DNA of 64,000 nt. Origin: Narcine bancroftii (lineage: Eukaryota). This document shows positions 51,570 through 63,012 of the stretch, one piece after another. The stretch is taken from assembly GCF_036971445.1 (NCBI RefSeq), contig NC_091470.1, positions 191,394,001-191,458,000 on the forward strand. Direction: 5' to 3'. The position numbers and the translations under genes were made by a program. The notes below the pieces were generated by a model that made no database searches, was not told where the DNA came from, and was given only the letters and a program-made list of their open reading frames with translations. How positions within the stretch are numbered: the first letter of the stretch is position 1; every line of letters starts with the position of its first letter.

Positions 51570-54500
51570 TTTTATTGTGTATATTTTGGTTGGTGGGGGG
51601 GGGGGGGGAAAGACTCTCACAGTATTGGATAATCATCCAGGCAGAGAACCAAATGGAATTGCTGTGGTCAGGGATAATAGGAAACATTTTATTCACATGT
51701 ACAGCATGGTAGAAAGGTAAATTGGCAAGAATTTCTAGAGAAGTTAACATGGAAATATGAATCAGGAGGATTACAGGTTCCTAATTTTAAGAATTATTAT
51801 TGAGCAGCACAGATGAGATTACTTCTTTCTTTGAAAATGTAAAAGCAACATGATTTAATATAAAACTGAACAAAATTGAAGAAAAGAAATCAGAAGAATT
51901 TATATCTAAATGGGAATCGAAATTGTTGGTTACTTATAAAAACACACCATTATTGAAGTGTTTACTCAATGTTTTCTTATAAAATGAGTCAAGATATTGG
52001 TGGAGAGCCTTTTATCACCTAACGTGCCATTTATTAATCCTCTTTTGTTTTTTCCCAAGAGATAATCAGTTCTTAAATACATGATATCTTAAAGGGATTG
52101 TTAACGTGGAAGACTGCTGAGAGAGAGGACAATTAATGTGGTGGAACAATTGTGGAATAAATATGCCATGCCATAGAACACTTTTTTTGTTATTTTCAAT
52201 TAAGGGCATATTTGAGAGATAAATTGGGGCCAACAATGTTTTTGTCTAATTGTTCTGAGGCAAAACTTCTTATTAGGGGTGAGAATGTAAAAATATATAT
52301 TTCTTTGATATATATTTGTTATTACAAGTGGGATTGTGTAGATCTAGGCAGAGATGGGAAACAGATTTGAATATTACAATTGTTACGAGTCTAGAGGACT
52401 CCAAAACCCAGCAGCAATGGATATGCTCCACAACAAAGAGTTACTTAACAAAAGTTGCTTTTAATTATCTTTGAACATGAAAACAGAATCAAACTTTAAC
52501 CTATTACTATCAACTTACTTAACCCCCCTCTAATTCTAAGCTCACGTGTGTGTAATGTGTATACAAGTGTAGAAAAGTTATTTGGTTCACTGTCCAATCT
52601 CACTGGTTGCAGGCAATTCTTGTACTGTGCACAGAAGCTCACATTAATAAAGTTCACCAGGCTTTGGTGCTTAACAGGCAAATGATTACCACTCAGGAGG
52701 GTTCTTGCTGGTTTTCAGAGAGAGATTCCTTTGTTCCAGGACGTGATTCCTTTTTAATCAGTCTTGCTGACGAAACTTGCCAGGGTTCTCCAGATGATAA
52801 CCTCTTTCTTTCAAGTCACCACAGAGTTCCTTTCTGCTTCTCCTATTCCAAGGTGTTAGAAATTAACGTACCTTTAAAGAAATTGCTCGAGACAAAAATT
52901 GAGAACAAAGAACATTTATTACTACAACAATGCAAAGTTGGGTGCTTCCCCTTACCCTGGGAATACACACACACACTGGGGCTCACCCAACCTTTATACA
53001 GTCAATTTCAGTATCAGAGTGCCCTCCCCCCTTACATTCTTCTGCCCCCTGGATGGGTTGGGCATAGGTAATCCTTCCTGCCTATGTGCAGTTTCAGTAC
53101 ACTTGGAGGACCAGGGGGTATCCTGTGGGTGCCCCATCATGTCATTGTCCTTATTCACACCTTCCTGATTCTCAGGGCTACAGTCTCTTGATATGCAGAG
53201 TTGACTCATTCTATCTAGGGTTGGCTAATTTCATATGTATAAATCTGTGTATGGTTAGCTAATTAGATATGTAGGACTTGGTACTTCTGTCCAGGGCTAG
53301 GAGACCCTTATCTGATCCAGACTACCTCAACTTCCTAGATTCTATTGTTCCTTACCACTCCTTATCTTAGTCTTATGGTCTTGTCACAAAGACTAGAAGA
53401 TTCTTATGTTAATCGTGCTGACTCTGCTTTCCTGCATCCTAACCCCCCAAGCTTATCCTGTTTGTACTGGTTACAGCCATTTACTGATGGACTTTAGTTT
53501 TTTCCATGTTCATAATTTTAGATCAATTTTCCCATCTCTCACAAAGGGAAACACTGGACAGCCAGTCCTCTCCTTTGACCAGGCCGTCTTCCAAAGCTTG
53601 CCAGCTTGTCCCTCTGGAACCGAAGTCTGTGTCTCTCTCCTCTCTCTCTCTCACTCGCTCGCACTCTGAGAGCAAAAAACTGTTCTGCTCCTCTTTACAC
53701 AAAGATCACCTGCTCTTTCAGACAGCAAACTTTTTTTTCAGACTAAGATGCAGTGACACGTTGCTGCATTGCTGTCTTTTGCAAATACCAGTCCATCATA
53801 AGTCTCTTGCAAAAGCTCATGCAAATATTCTGTGTTTTAAAGTGCTTGTGTGTGACCTGATCTAACAAATCTTTCCCAATTTATCTCCCAAACACCTCTA
53901 TATCCTTTGTCACACAATAGATCAACAAATTTGGGAAAATTTATGAGGAGATTCTATGACTAATATTAATGTAAAGTATAGATTAGTTCAATATAACATT
54001 TTACATCAGTTATATGTTACCCCACAGAGTTGAACAATTTGAAATCTGATTCATCCGATCAATGTTTTAGATGTGGTGAGGATGTAGGATCTTGCATACA
54101 TTTAACACGGTCTTGTCCAAATATGAGACCCATTTGTTTGTCTAATTAATTTTATACAAGTTACAGGAGTTGTTTTTCTATTAAATCCCAATTTATTTTT
54201 ATTAGGAAATATTGAAGGTACAGATCCTAAAATGAAATGATCAATTTAGCAATTAAAATTTGTTAAATTAGTATTAACAGTTGTGATTAAAATGTATTGC
54301 AATTACTTGGAAATCAGATATATCTTTAGCATTGCCAAGGTGCTGTGCTGAAATACAAAGTTGTATCCCTTTGGCAAAAAATACTTACTATCTAAGGAAT
54401 AAACATTTTAAGTTTTTACAAATTTGGTGCCCCTATACTCAGGTAATGGGATACAATTTGGGTGATATCTTTTTTATCTGGCTCTGAAGAATTCTCCTCT

Positions 54501-54770
54501 ACATGTTTGTGTTAGAACTGATGAGTTGTGCTGTTGGACATGTCTCTCTGCAATCCAAAATTCTTTGTCGCTTTTTTTCTTTTTCTTATCTTTTTATATA
54601 TTTTTTTACTTTTGCAATTTGTATATTTTTTTCTTTTTTTGGGTGAGAGGTTGGATGGGGGTGAGGAGTTCTGTGGTGGGCTGAAAACCATCATGTATTT
54701 AATCAATTTGTTCCTTTTTGATATCTGTATTGTTATAATTTACCCCCTCCATAAATCTTCGTCCGCGAAG
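51570..54770 (+). mobile_element. L1 ORF2 3' fragment (interrupted by solo LTR)
   Basis: AT-rich degenerate ORF2 with C-terminal CCHC motif QCFRCGEDVGSCIHLTRSCP at about 54060-54120. Confidence 0.75.
52381..53914. mobile_element. 1.5-kb solo LTR inserted in L1 ORF2
   Basis: TGTTAC...GTCACA termini with CAAT TSD; removing it rejoins the L1 reading frame DLNITIDQQIWE. Confidence 0.8.
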
Positions 54771-54849
54771 CCAAGCCAAAGAAGTTATTGCATGCATGGT
54801 GTATTAAATAAATTATTTTAAAAAACGTACAATATGGGTAACAGGCCCT

Positions 54850-55090
54850 ACCCGCCCACCAAGTACATCCCAGTTTATATCTCCCTGGGAAGTCCCCGCT
54901 CCGCGTCCTTGCCCCAACAACAGCTTCCTTGACCCCTGTCCCAGCAACAGCTCCAGGGCGGAGCCTGGGAAGTCCCGTCCCACAGGTCGGAGCGGCCCGG
55001 CCCCGCCCGAACTCTCGGATCGTTGCCAACTCGTGTCAACGTTTAAGTCGCTTTATTGTTTGATTTGCGTCTGCCCGAGTCACCACTTTC
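54850..55090. promoter_or_regulatory. CpG-rich promoter-like island with two kB sites, GC boxes and X-like boxes
   Basis: GGGAAGTCCCC 54887-54897, GGGAAGTCCC 54967-54976, GGGCGG/CCGCCC boxes, CCCAGCAACAGCTC 54940-54953; high CpG density. Confidence 0.45.
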
Positions 55091-55619
55091 ACGGGTCAGT
55101 GAGACATCGCTGACAACCCCCCACCCCTTCTGTAAAACCTCTCAGAACGTATGGTCTCGGGCAGAGAGGGATAAATGTTTGAAAGGTCGAGGGACTGAGA
55201 GTTCCGGGCAACGGACACAGAAGAGGAGTTGGGGGCAGCCCAGAGCGGCCATTGAAGGGGATAGGTTTGATGGGTCGACTCTAGCCTATACCTTCCCCGG
55301 GGAGTCACCCTCACTACCCCATCCCTCCCACTCCGACCTCAGGCCCATGATAAACCCCACGGGTAATGCACACTGGAGGAATCAATTTCCAGGAGGCCCC
55401 AATTTCCAGGAGGCCCCTTCACTCCTACCTGTCCCTTTAAATACCCCCCCCCCCCAACTCCCAATCTTTGGCCAGTGGAGCCCCAGGTAAATCAAGGAGC
55501 AATACCTCATCTTCTGACTGGGCATATTGCAGACAACAGAACTCCACAATGACATCAACCAGCCATTCCAGTTTGTGTCAGGATTGGCCGATGATGTCAA
55601 GGTATCAATCTGAAACAGA

Positions 55620-55882
55620 AAGGATGGGGGTGAGCTGTGGCCATTCCTAGGGGAGAGGAGAGGGGTTTCAGCTGTGAACGTCCCTGGGGGAGGGGTTGAG
55701 AGTGACCTGTTGCCGTTCCCTAGATGGAGGGGGTTTGAGCTGTGAAAGTCCCTGTGGGAGGGGGTGAGCTATGAACTTCTCTGGGAGGGTATGAATTTTG
55801 ACCGTCTCTGGGGGGGTGGGGAGGGGGATTGAGCTGTGTCCGTCCCGGGGATGGGGGGGAATTGAGCTGTGACCCTCCTGGG
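55620..55882. repeat. About 30-40-bp tandem repeat
   Basis: Repeated GGGG(T/A)TGAGCTGTGACC(G)TCCC units; a single copy of the unit occurs at 61201-61222. Confidence 0.7.
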
Positions 55883-58069
55883 AGTGAAACCGGAGCCATG
55901 GCGAAAACAGACGTGGTCCAAACAACCGGTGTAAGCGTTGTTCAGGGTCATCATTGTTCCGGTGAACCTATGTACTTTTTTGCCCTTTTCCCTTGCAGTT
56001 TGTTGGTGCCCGGCTTGCCACAGGTCACCCAGTGGCGAGTGACTGATCCCAGCAAGTGCAGGGTGGAGTGGGGAGGGGGAGAGATGGAGGGGTATAGGTG
56101 GTGGGGGTGAGTGTCGAGGTGAGATTGGGGTGGGATGAGTAGGGGTGGGAGACATTTACCTGGGTGAATGAGGTTCCAACACCCCCAGGACAAAGCAACC
56201 ACTTGATTGACAGATCACCCCCTCCTCCCATGGTGGTGCTGCCCTGGTGCATGGAAACTGATCTTTCGGCCCATCATGTCCTGCCGACTATCAAATCCAC
56301 ATGGACCATGTCCCAGCCCTTGGTCAGTGACCATCTCTGCCCTGACCACTCAGGCATGTTTATAATCTGGTTTATTATAATTTAATAATTTGGAGATACT
56401 GCAGGTAACAGGCCACTCAGTTACATTGATGTGACCAATTAACCCACTAACCCCATATGTATTTTCGAACATGAGAGGAAACCCATGCAGACACAGGGAA
56501 AATGTACAAACTCCTTACAGACAATGCTGGATTCGGACTCGGGTCTTGGCACAGCCATGGTGTGCAAATGTGGTGCCACTCCGCAAGTTCCAGATTCCAA
56601 CCACTGGGGTTAATTCTTCCCCGTATCCCCTCTTAACCTCTGACCCCTCACTCCAAACCTTATATATTTTGACACCTCTGTCAGCAGCCTCACCCCCCAC
56701 CCTCCCAATCTCAGCATCCACCACTCCAAGAACAAACCCAGCCTCTCCCATCTCTCCTCATAACTGAACCATTCCAGCCTAGGGAATGTCTCGAGGAATC
56801 TCCTCTGCACCCTCTCCAGTGTGGCCCCCTCGCACGGTGGGGGACTGGAACTACTCACAGGCCTCCAGCTGTGTTCTGATCCATGTTTTGCTGGGTGGTG
56901 CCACAACCTCCCTGCTCTGATCTTCAATGTTCCATAGATTGAATCCTGTATCACATGCACCTTCCCCTCCATCCCTCCACCTGTCCAGTCACCTCCCAGC
57001 ACAACCAGGTCACATTTGTTTTGATATTTCACAAATAAAGTTTATTTTAATAAAAAAATACACAAAGAAACAATATAGGCGATGTATTTTAACCTTCAGA
57101 ATGTTCAGTCTATGTATTCAGAGCAACTGGTTCTGTAACACAACAGTGTTGGCACATCCTTTTATTTCATGGATGGGTATCCATGGGGTGATGAACCTTT
57201 CATTGTTTAATGGGCTTCCCTACCCTGCAGCTCTCCTGTCCTTCCCATCTCAAGGTCTTTGATACACTACCCAAGTCACCATCATATTGGGTCCACCAAG
57301 CCTCACTGTATCCCTCAGCACATACTCCTGCAGCCTGGAATGTGCCAGGTCAACCACATTCCCTCATCAACAACTCCATGTGCTGGAAAACCAATAGGAC
57401 GAAAGGACATCGTTCAGAGTCAAGGATCTTCAAGCACACTGAGGTCCCTCAGTTTCCACCCCTCAATGTGTATCCAAATCTTAAAAGTCCTCCCAGACTG
57501 TATGACCTCACAGTTGTCAGGATTAAATACCATCTGTTCTACCCATCTCCCCCACTGACCAATCTCATTCTGTGGAACGGGGAATGCAGGAATCTGCAAA
57601 GGCTGGAATCTTGAGCCAACAATGAGAAGCTGCAGGTACTCAGCAGGTCAGGCAGTGACCATGGAGAGATACAGTCTGTCAGTGTTTTGGGTCAAGATAC
57701 TTGTCAAGAGATGCAGGGAGGAATCTGGGGTCTCTCTATCCTCTATTGATGACATTCACTAGAAACGTTGCTAAAATTACCAAGGACTCTTTTCATCTAG
57801 CACACAGTATCTTTGACCCACTATCATCAGGAAGGAGGTACAGGAGCATCAAAACCATGACCGGCAGGCTGGGGAATAGCTTCTTCCCACACGCTGTGAG
57901 ATTGATGAACTCTGAGCCTCTTAGTAAGGAAATAGAGTAAATTATTCCACAATATTTATACATATTCATTTTATATAATATCTTTTAATGTAAACTATGT
58001 CTGTGATTATTATCTGTTGTATTTGAGAAGTGTGGTCCTGTTTTGTCTGATAACAAGTTATTATCAACT

Positions 58070-58760
58070 TAAGACAGGTAGGGAAGGAGCCCAGTGAAGT
58101 AGGGAGCTTTGGGCAAAGGTGGAGGTCAGGTGGAAACTGTGGAACTGGATTAGGGTGGGGTGTTACTGATCTGCTGCTCTTCAAGTTTGGGGTTGGCCAC
58201 TCCCAGACCATAGGCAGTCACATCTGTGTGGGAATGGGGAGGGGAGGTAACATGGCTGGAAACTGCGAGTTACAACCAGCTCCATCAGAGTGCAGGTGCT
58301 CAGTGAAGCGGTTGGCCCATGTAGGTCTGGTGTTACCAGGGGTGGTGTCACTAGGTGGAGGAGGTCACACTGAGTGAACTGCATGCAGATTAGGATGAAT
58401 GATGGACATAAGAAACTCTCACCCCAGAGATGTGTTAGTGGCTTTGGATGGAGGTGAGGGGAGAGATATGCGGACAAGTTGGGTGAAATGTGGGAACCTA
58501 GTGAACTCAGCTCTTGTTCTACCCATGGGGGTGAGGATGGGGAGAGGGGTGAGAGCAATTTTGTGGAATGGAGATGTGCATTTGGACTTTATTAATGACA
58601 GTGGCAGGTGTCTGCAACAAAGAGGACATTCCAGATTTGCTGGAGTGGAGGCTTCACCTGGGTACAGAAGGGTGCAGACCAATGACTGGGAGAAGGTTAT
58701 AGTGTCCTTACAAGGGGCCGGATGAGAAGAGGTGTAGTCCAGGTAGCTGTGGGTGTGAAT
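58070..58760 (-). mobile_element. Degenerate Penelope-like element (GIY-YIG region)
   Basis: accgcttcactgagcacctgcac (RFTEHLH) and LICMQFTQCDLLH remnant motifs. Confidence 0.55.
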
Positions 58761-59175
58761 TTGTCACAGGAGTTGGTGGATAATTTTATCTCCTGTGATG
58801 GCTTCCCACAAAACCACCCCTTTATCACTCCATCTCCCTTCACCAAGCCAACCATGGATCCAAGTTTCTCACTTGGCCTGGATCCCATTGGCTCCAACCT
58901 TCTGGGCCAGTCTCCCCTATGGGACCTGGTCAAAGGCCTCGGTGAAGGTCAGGTGACCACATCAAGACATTCAGTTGTGGGTGAACCCTCCCAATGTAGT
59001 TGTTCAGACTGCTGTCCCTCCAACAAAGCCACAGGACCAGTTCTGTCCAAGTTTAGGTTCATCCAATCCATCGGAGTTTCCCCACTTAGCTCATTCTCCC
59101 CCATCACCCCCACCCACTGAGCTTCCGCCTGTCCCATCCACCCTGTTTGGACATAATGGGAACCAGCACTGAGCT

Positions 59176-59291
59176 GGAAAGTCCCCAGAAGTGAAACCAG
59201 GAACTATTGACTTGCACCTGACCACCCTGCTTCCCTGCCAGACGTTCACCAATCACAGGCTGACTCTTTGGGCGCGTCACCCGTTGTTCGG
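59176..59291 (-). promoter_or_regulatory. Distal X/X2/Y module with adjacent ISRE and NF-kB site
   Basis: Minus strand CCGAACAACGGGTG (X), TGACGCGC (X2), 21 bp spacer, GTGATTGGTG (Y); then GGTTTCACTTCT (ISRE, 59198-59187) directly abutting GGGGACTTTCC (kB, 59186-59176). Confidence 0.7.
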
Positions 59292-61013
59292 TGAACTGTG
59301 CAACTTGTGGTATTGTTGAGCCCCAGTGGATACGGGCTGACCCCTGGAGACCGGTGGCGGGACTGCAGGCGAGCCGCTGCCTCCGTCATTCACCCAATCT
59401 ATGTTTCGCCCTCATGGGGTTCAATCGCTTTGACCCACGGCCCAGATTGAAACCGAACTGAGTTGTTTATTTCCACGTGTACTGAGTGCAGTAAAATACT
59501 TCTTTTTGCGTGTTATCCAGACAAGTCAGCTCATACAGCCGCACTGCAATAATATACAAATAACTCAACAAAAGTCCAGGGAATCGTGTTACAGAAAGTC
59601 GAAACGGGTTGGATGCAGTGTTAGAAAGTCATGGTTCAGGAGACAGAGAGAAGTTAAACAGTGCATCTGTTACCCGTTTGAGGACCATTCAAGACTCCGA
59701 TAACAGCAGGTATGAAACTGCCCTGAATCGGGATGCATCTTGTCCCTGAGGAAAAGGAGGAGAAGAGAGTGTGACCAGGGTGGGGTGGGACTGAGAAAAT
59801 ACTGGCAGCTTCCCCGAGACAGCAGGAGGCGCAGATGGAGTGGGTGGGGGGGGGGGGTGATGCCCTGAGTTGCTCTCACCTCTCTCTCTGTAGATCCCGT
59901 CCCAGGCCCTGCTGCATCCAGGCAGCATACGTTCTATGGGATATCTGTAAAAGTCGGTAAAAGACCCAGGGACATGTCATGTGAAAATTCCTCAATCTTC
60001 TACGAAAGCACACTCTCTCACAGTTCCTCGGACAGGGCGTTGGTGACATTTATGGTGGGCAATCTGCTCAACTTCACTGCAGGATTCCCAAGTGCATTGG
60101 GACTGAGGTTGTGATCGTACATGAAGGATCCTATGGGGAATGCTTGTTGGTGAATTTCTCCAGACGTCCTGGACAAGCTGCTCAGGGAACCACTCCACAG
60201 TATCCCTCGAGTCCTTGCCCCTCAGTTTCTGCAGGACGTTCCGTGCTGACCCCTGCCTGATCGACTTGTGGTCAAAGGTGCTGGAAGGTGGTGTGGCAAC
60301 GTCCAGCTGAGTGGGACATTGCGTGACAACGGGACCGGGCCTGTCCCTCACAACACCTGGGACAGGTAGAATAGTTCCCTCCCTCTGACATAGATGTTGG
60401 AGGCTCCGTCAGAATCATTGCTAGTCCTCGGTGTCAGCCCGGGGGTCGGGGCCCTCTCCAGGGACATGAACACACAGTCAGGGCTCGTATGGGGTACTGC
60501 GATGACAGAGAGGTCAGTTCAGGGATTCACTGAATCAGCTCGCGAGGAAACCCGTGTGGTGTCGAAGGCAGCTTTAAACCCGAATGAAACTCCCCAGGTC
60601 ACATCATGAAGTGTCGCAGTGTACCTCCGGCCTGGTAACCCGTTCTGCAGGAACCCCCCCCCTCTCATCCGTCAACCCATTTCAGGTACTCCTCCCCCCC
60701 ACCCCTTGCAGCCCTTCCCCGGCAGACCACAGAACCCTCACCAATGTGAACACCGTGCACCCCCCCCCCCCCCCCCACCTCGACCACAGAAAGAGCAGCC
60801 TGGGTGGGGGGAGGTGGTGGTGACGGGGACAATGACAAAGACAGGGAAGGATTAAAGTGAGGTGGGTTTAGATTGACAAGTTGGTCAGCAAGGAGAAGTC
60901 GGGCCGAAGGGCTGTCTCACTCTATGAGACTGACACTTCTCGGCTCTGCGGTGAGGCCATTCAGCCCGACACACTGACTCTGGGTCTGTCTCCACGGGCG
61001 CTGCCCGACCACC

Positions 61014-61046
61014 TGGAGTTTCCTGGTTTGATTTCCTTTCGGTTTC
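61014..61046. promoter_or_regulatory. kB-like plus triple-GAAA ISRE-like element
   Basis: TGGAGTTTCC 61014-61023; TTTCCTTTCGGTTTC 61032-61046 (GAAACCGAAAGGAAA on minus). Confidence 0.45.
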
Positions 61047-62149
61047 TCCCCATCGGAGAGAGAGGGAACGCAATCCCTCACTCGGGGTTGGGTTGGCTCT
61101 CAGAACTGACACGGTTACAGTTATGGCGTCCTTGCGGGGTGGGGGGGGGGGGGGGGGAGGTGGGCAATGAGCATCCCTGGGTGTGGAGAGTGGGGGGAGG
61201 GGGGTTGAGCTGTGACCGTCCCCATGACTGAAACTTGAGCCGCGGGATACAACCGGTGTGAATATCAGCCGGAGCAAGCGCATCAGTCTCCGGGTGAACC
61301 CGTGGGCTTGCTCTCCTTTTTCCCTGCAGTTTGTTGGTGCCCGGGTTCCCTCTGGTCTGATCTGATCCCAGTAAGGGTCGGGATGGAGGTTGGGCGGGTG
61401 CCCAAGGTCCCCGCTCCTGCAAGGCCCCCTTCCCTTCCAGGCCCCTAGTCTTGAGTCTCCCCAGCGGTAATGATTAATCCACCTCTGGGTGGGGGTGGGG
61501 GATGAGTGGGGGTTTGGATGGGGCAGGGCTGTGTAGGTGAGTAAGGGACTGAGGGAGTGTCCCACAAGGTCTGGGTGGGGGGGTGCAGAGGATCTCACCC
61601 TCCCCAGGATTGATCTGTAGGCTTCACTCAAGGGTTGTGTGAGTGTCTTGAAGCAGGGAAGTCAGCCCTTTGGCCCATCAAGTCTGTGACTCTGCTCCCA
61701 ACACTCTCTGCAGCAGTGCATTCCAGTTATACCTACTCTCTTTGTGAAGATGGTTCCCCTCAGATTCCTCAAATCTATGTCCTGTGGATTGATTTACCTT
61801 TGATGTTGGGGATCATTCCCTGCAGTTTCTCCTGTCACACCTGCCCCCAGTCATTGAAGATTATGGGGACAAGGCTGGGCCATGGGGCTGTGGGAAAATG
61901 GATCAGCTTGTGATTGAATGGTGGGGCTGGCTTGATGGGCTGAATAGCCTATTTCTGCTCCATTCTGTATTATAGTGTCAGATGGTATGGGGTGTTGGCA
62001 GAGGCTGGTCCTGTTCTCACCGGAGGAAGTTACCAGGGACATGTCCCTGCAGGATTCCCAAGTGCGTTGGGAGCAGGTCAATGGGACTAGTGAAATATTG
62101 GTTGGCACAGTCTAGAAAGGCATAAACATTGAGCAGAGTCCTAAAGGGG

Positions 62150-63012
62150 ATAGAGATTGAAGATGCCTGATAGATGACAATGTGAGAAATTGGATCAGCA
62201 GGTTTGCAGATTACACTAAGATTGGAGGCATTGTGGACAGTGACGAAGGCTTTCAATGCTTGCAGAGGTATCTGGACCAACTGGAAAAATGACTGATGGA
62301 ATTTAATGCAGACAAGTTATTGCATTTTGGAAAGACAAACCGAGAAAAGACGTGCATGCTGAATGGTCAGGCACTGAGGAGCACAGCAGAACAGAGGGAT
62401 ATGGGAATATAGATACATAATTCCCTGAAAGTGGTGTCACAGGTAGACAGGCACATTGGCCTTCATAAATCAAAGTATTGAGAATAAGAGTTGAGCTGTT
62501 ATGGTAAAGTTGCATAATATATTGGTGAGGCCAAATTTGAGTATTGTGTGCAGTTTTGGTCACCTAACTACAGGAAAGAAAATTACAGAATTTTTTGAGA
62601 TGCTGCCAGAACTTGAGGAACTGAGTAACAGGGAAAGGTTAAATAGGTTGGGACTTTATTCCCTGGAGCATAGAAGAATGAGGGGAGATTTTATGGGTGT
62701 AAATGGAATAAATACAGGTCAGTTTTATCCACTGAGGTAAGGTGAGATGCAAACCAGTGGACATGGGTAAAGGGTGAAAGCTGAGCAGTTTAGAAGGAAT
62801 AGTAGGGTAAATTTCTTGACAAAGAGAGCAGTAGGTATGTGGAACGAGCTGCCAGCTGAAGTGGTGATTGTGGGCTCAATTTTAACAATTAAGGAAAATT
62901 TGGACAGGTGTGAGGATGGGAGGGGTGCAGGCCAGTGGGACTAGGCAAAATAATAGGCACAGGCTAGAAGGGCTGAAAGGCCTCTTCTGTGCAGTAATGT
63001 TCTATGGTTCTA
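62150..63012 (+). mobile_element. CR1 LINE 3' fragment
   Basis: SRFADYTKIGG, LVRPNL..CVQFWSP, RRMRGD, tail ttctatggttc. Confidence 0.8.

Noticed and set aside
60885-61631. 248-aa minus-strand ORF
   Set aside because: Low-complexity GC-rich read-through with poly-Pro from a G run; no domain signature.
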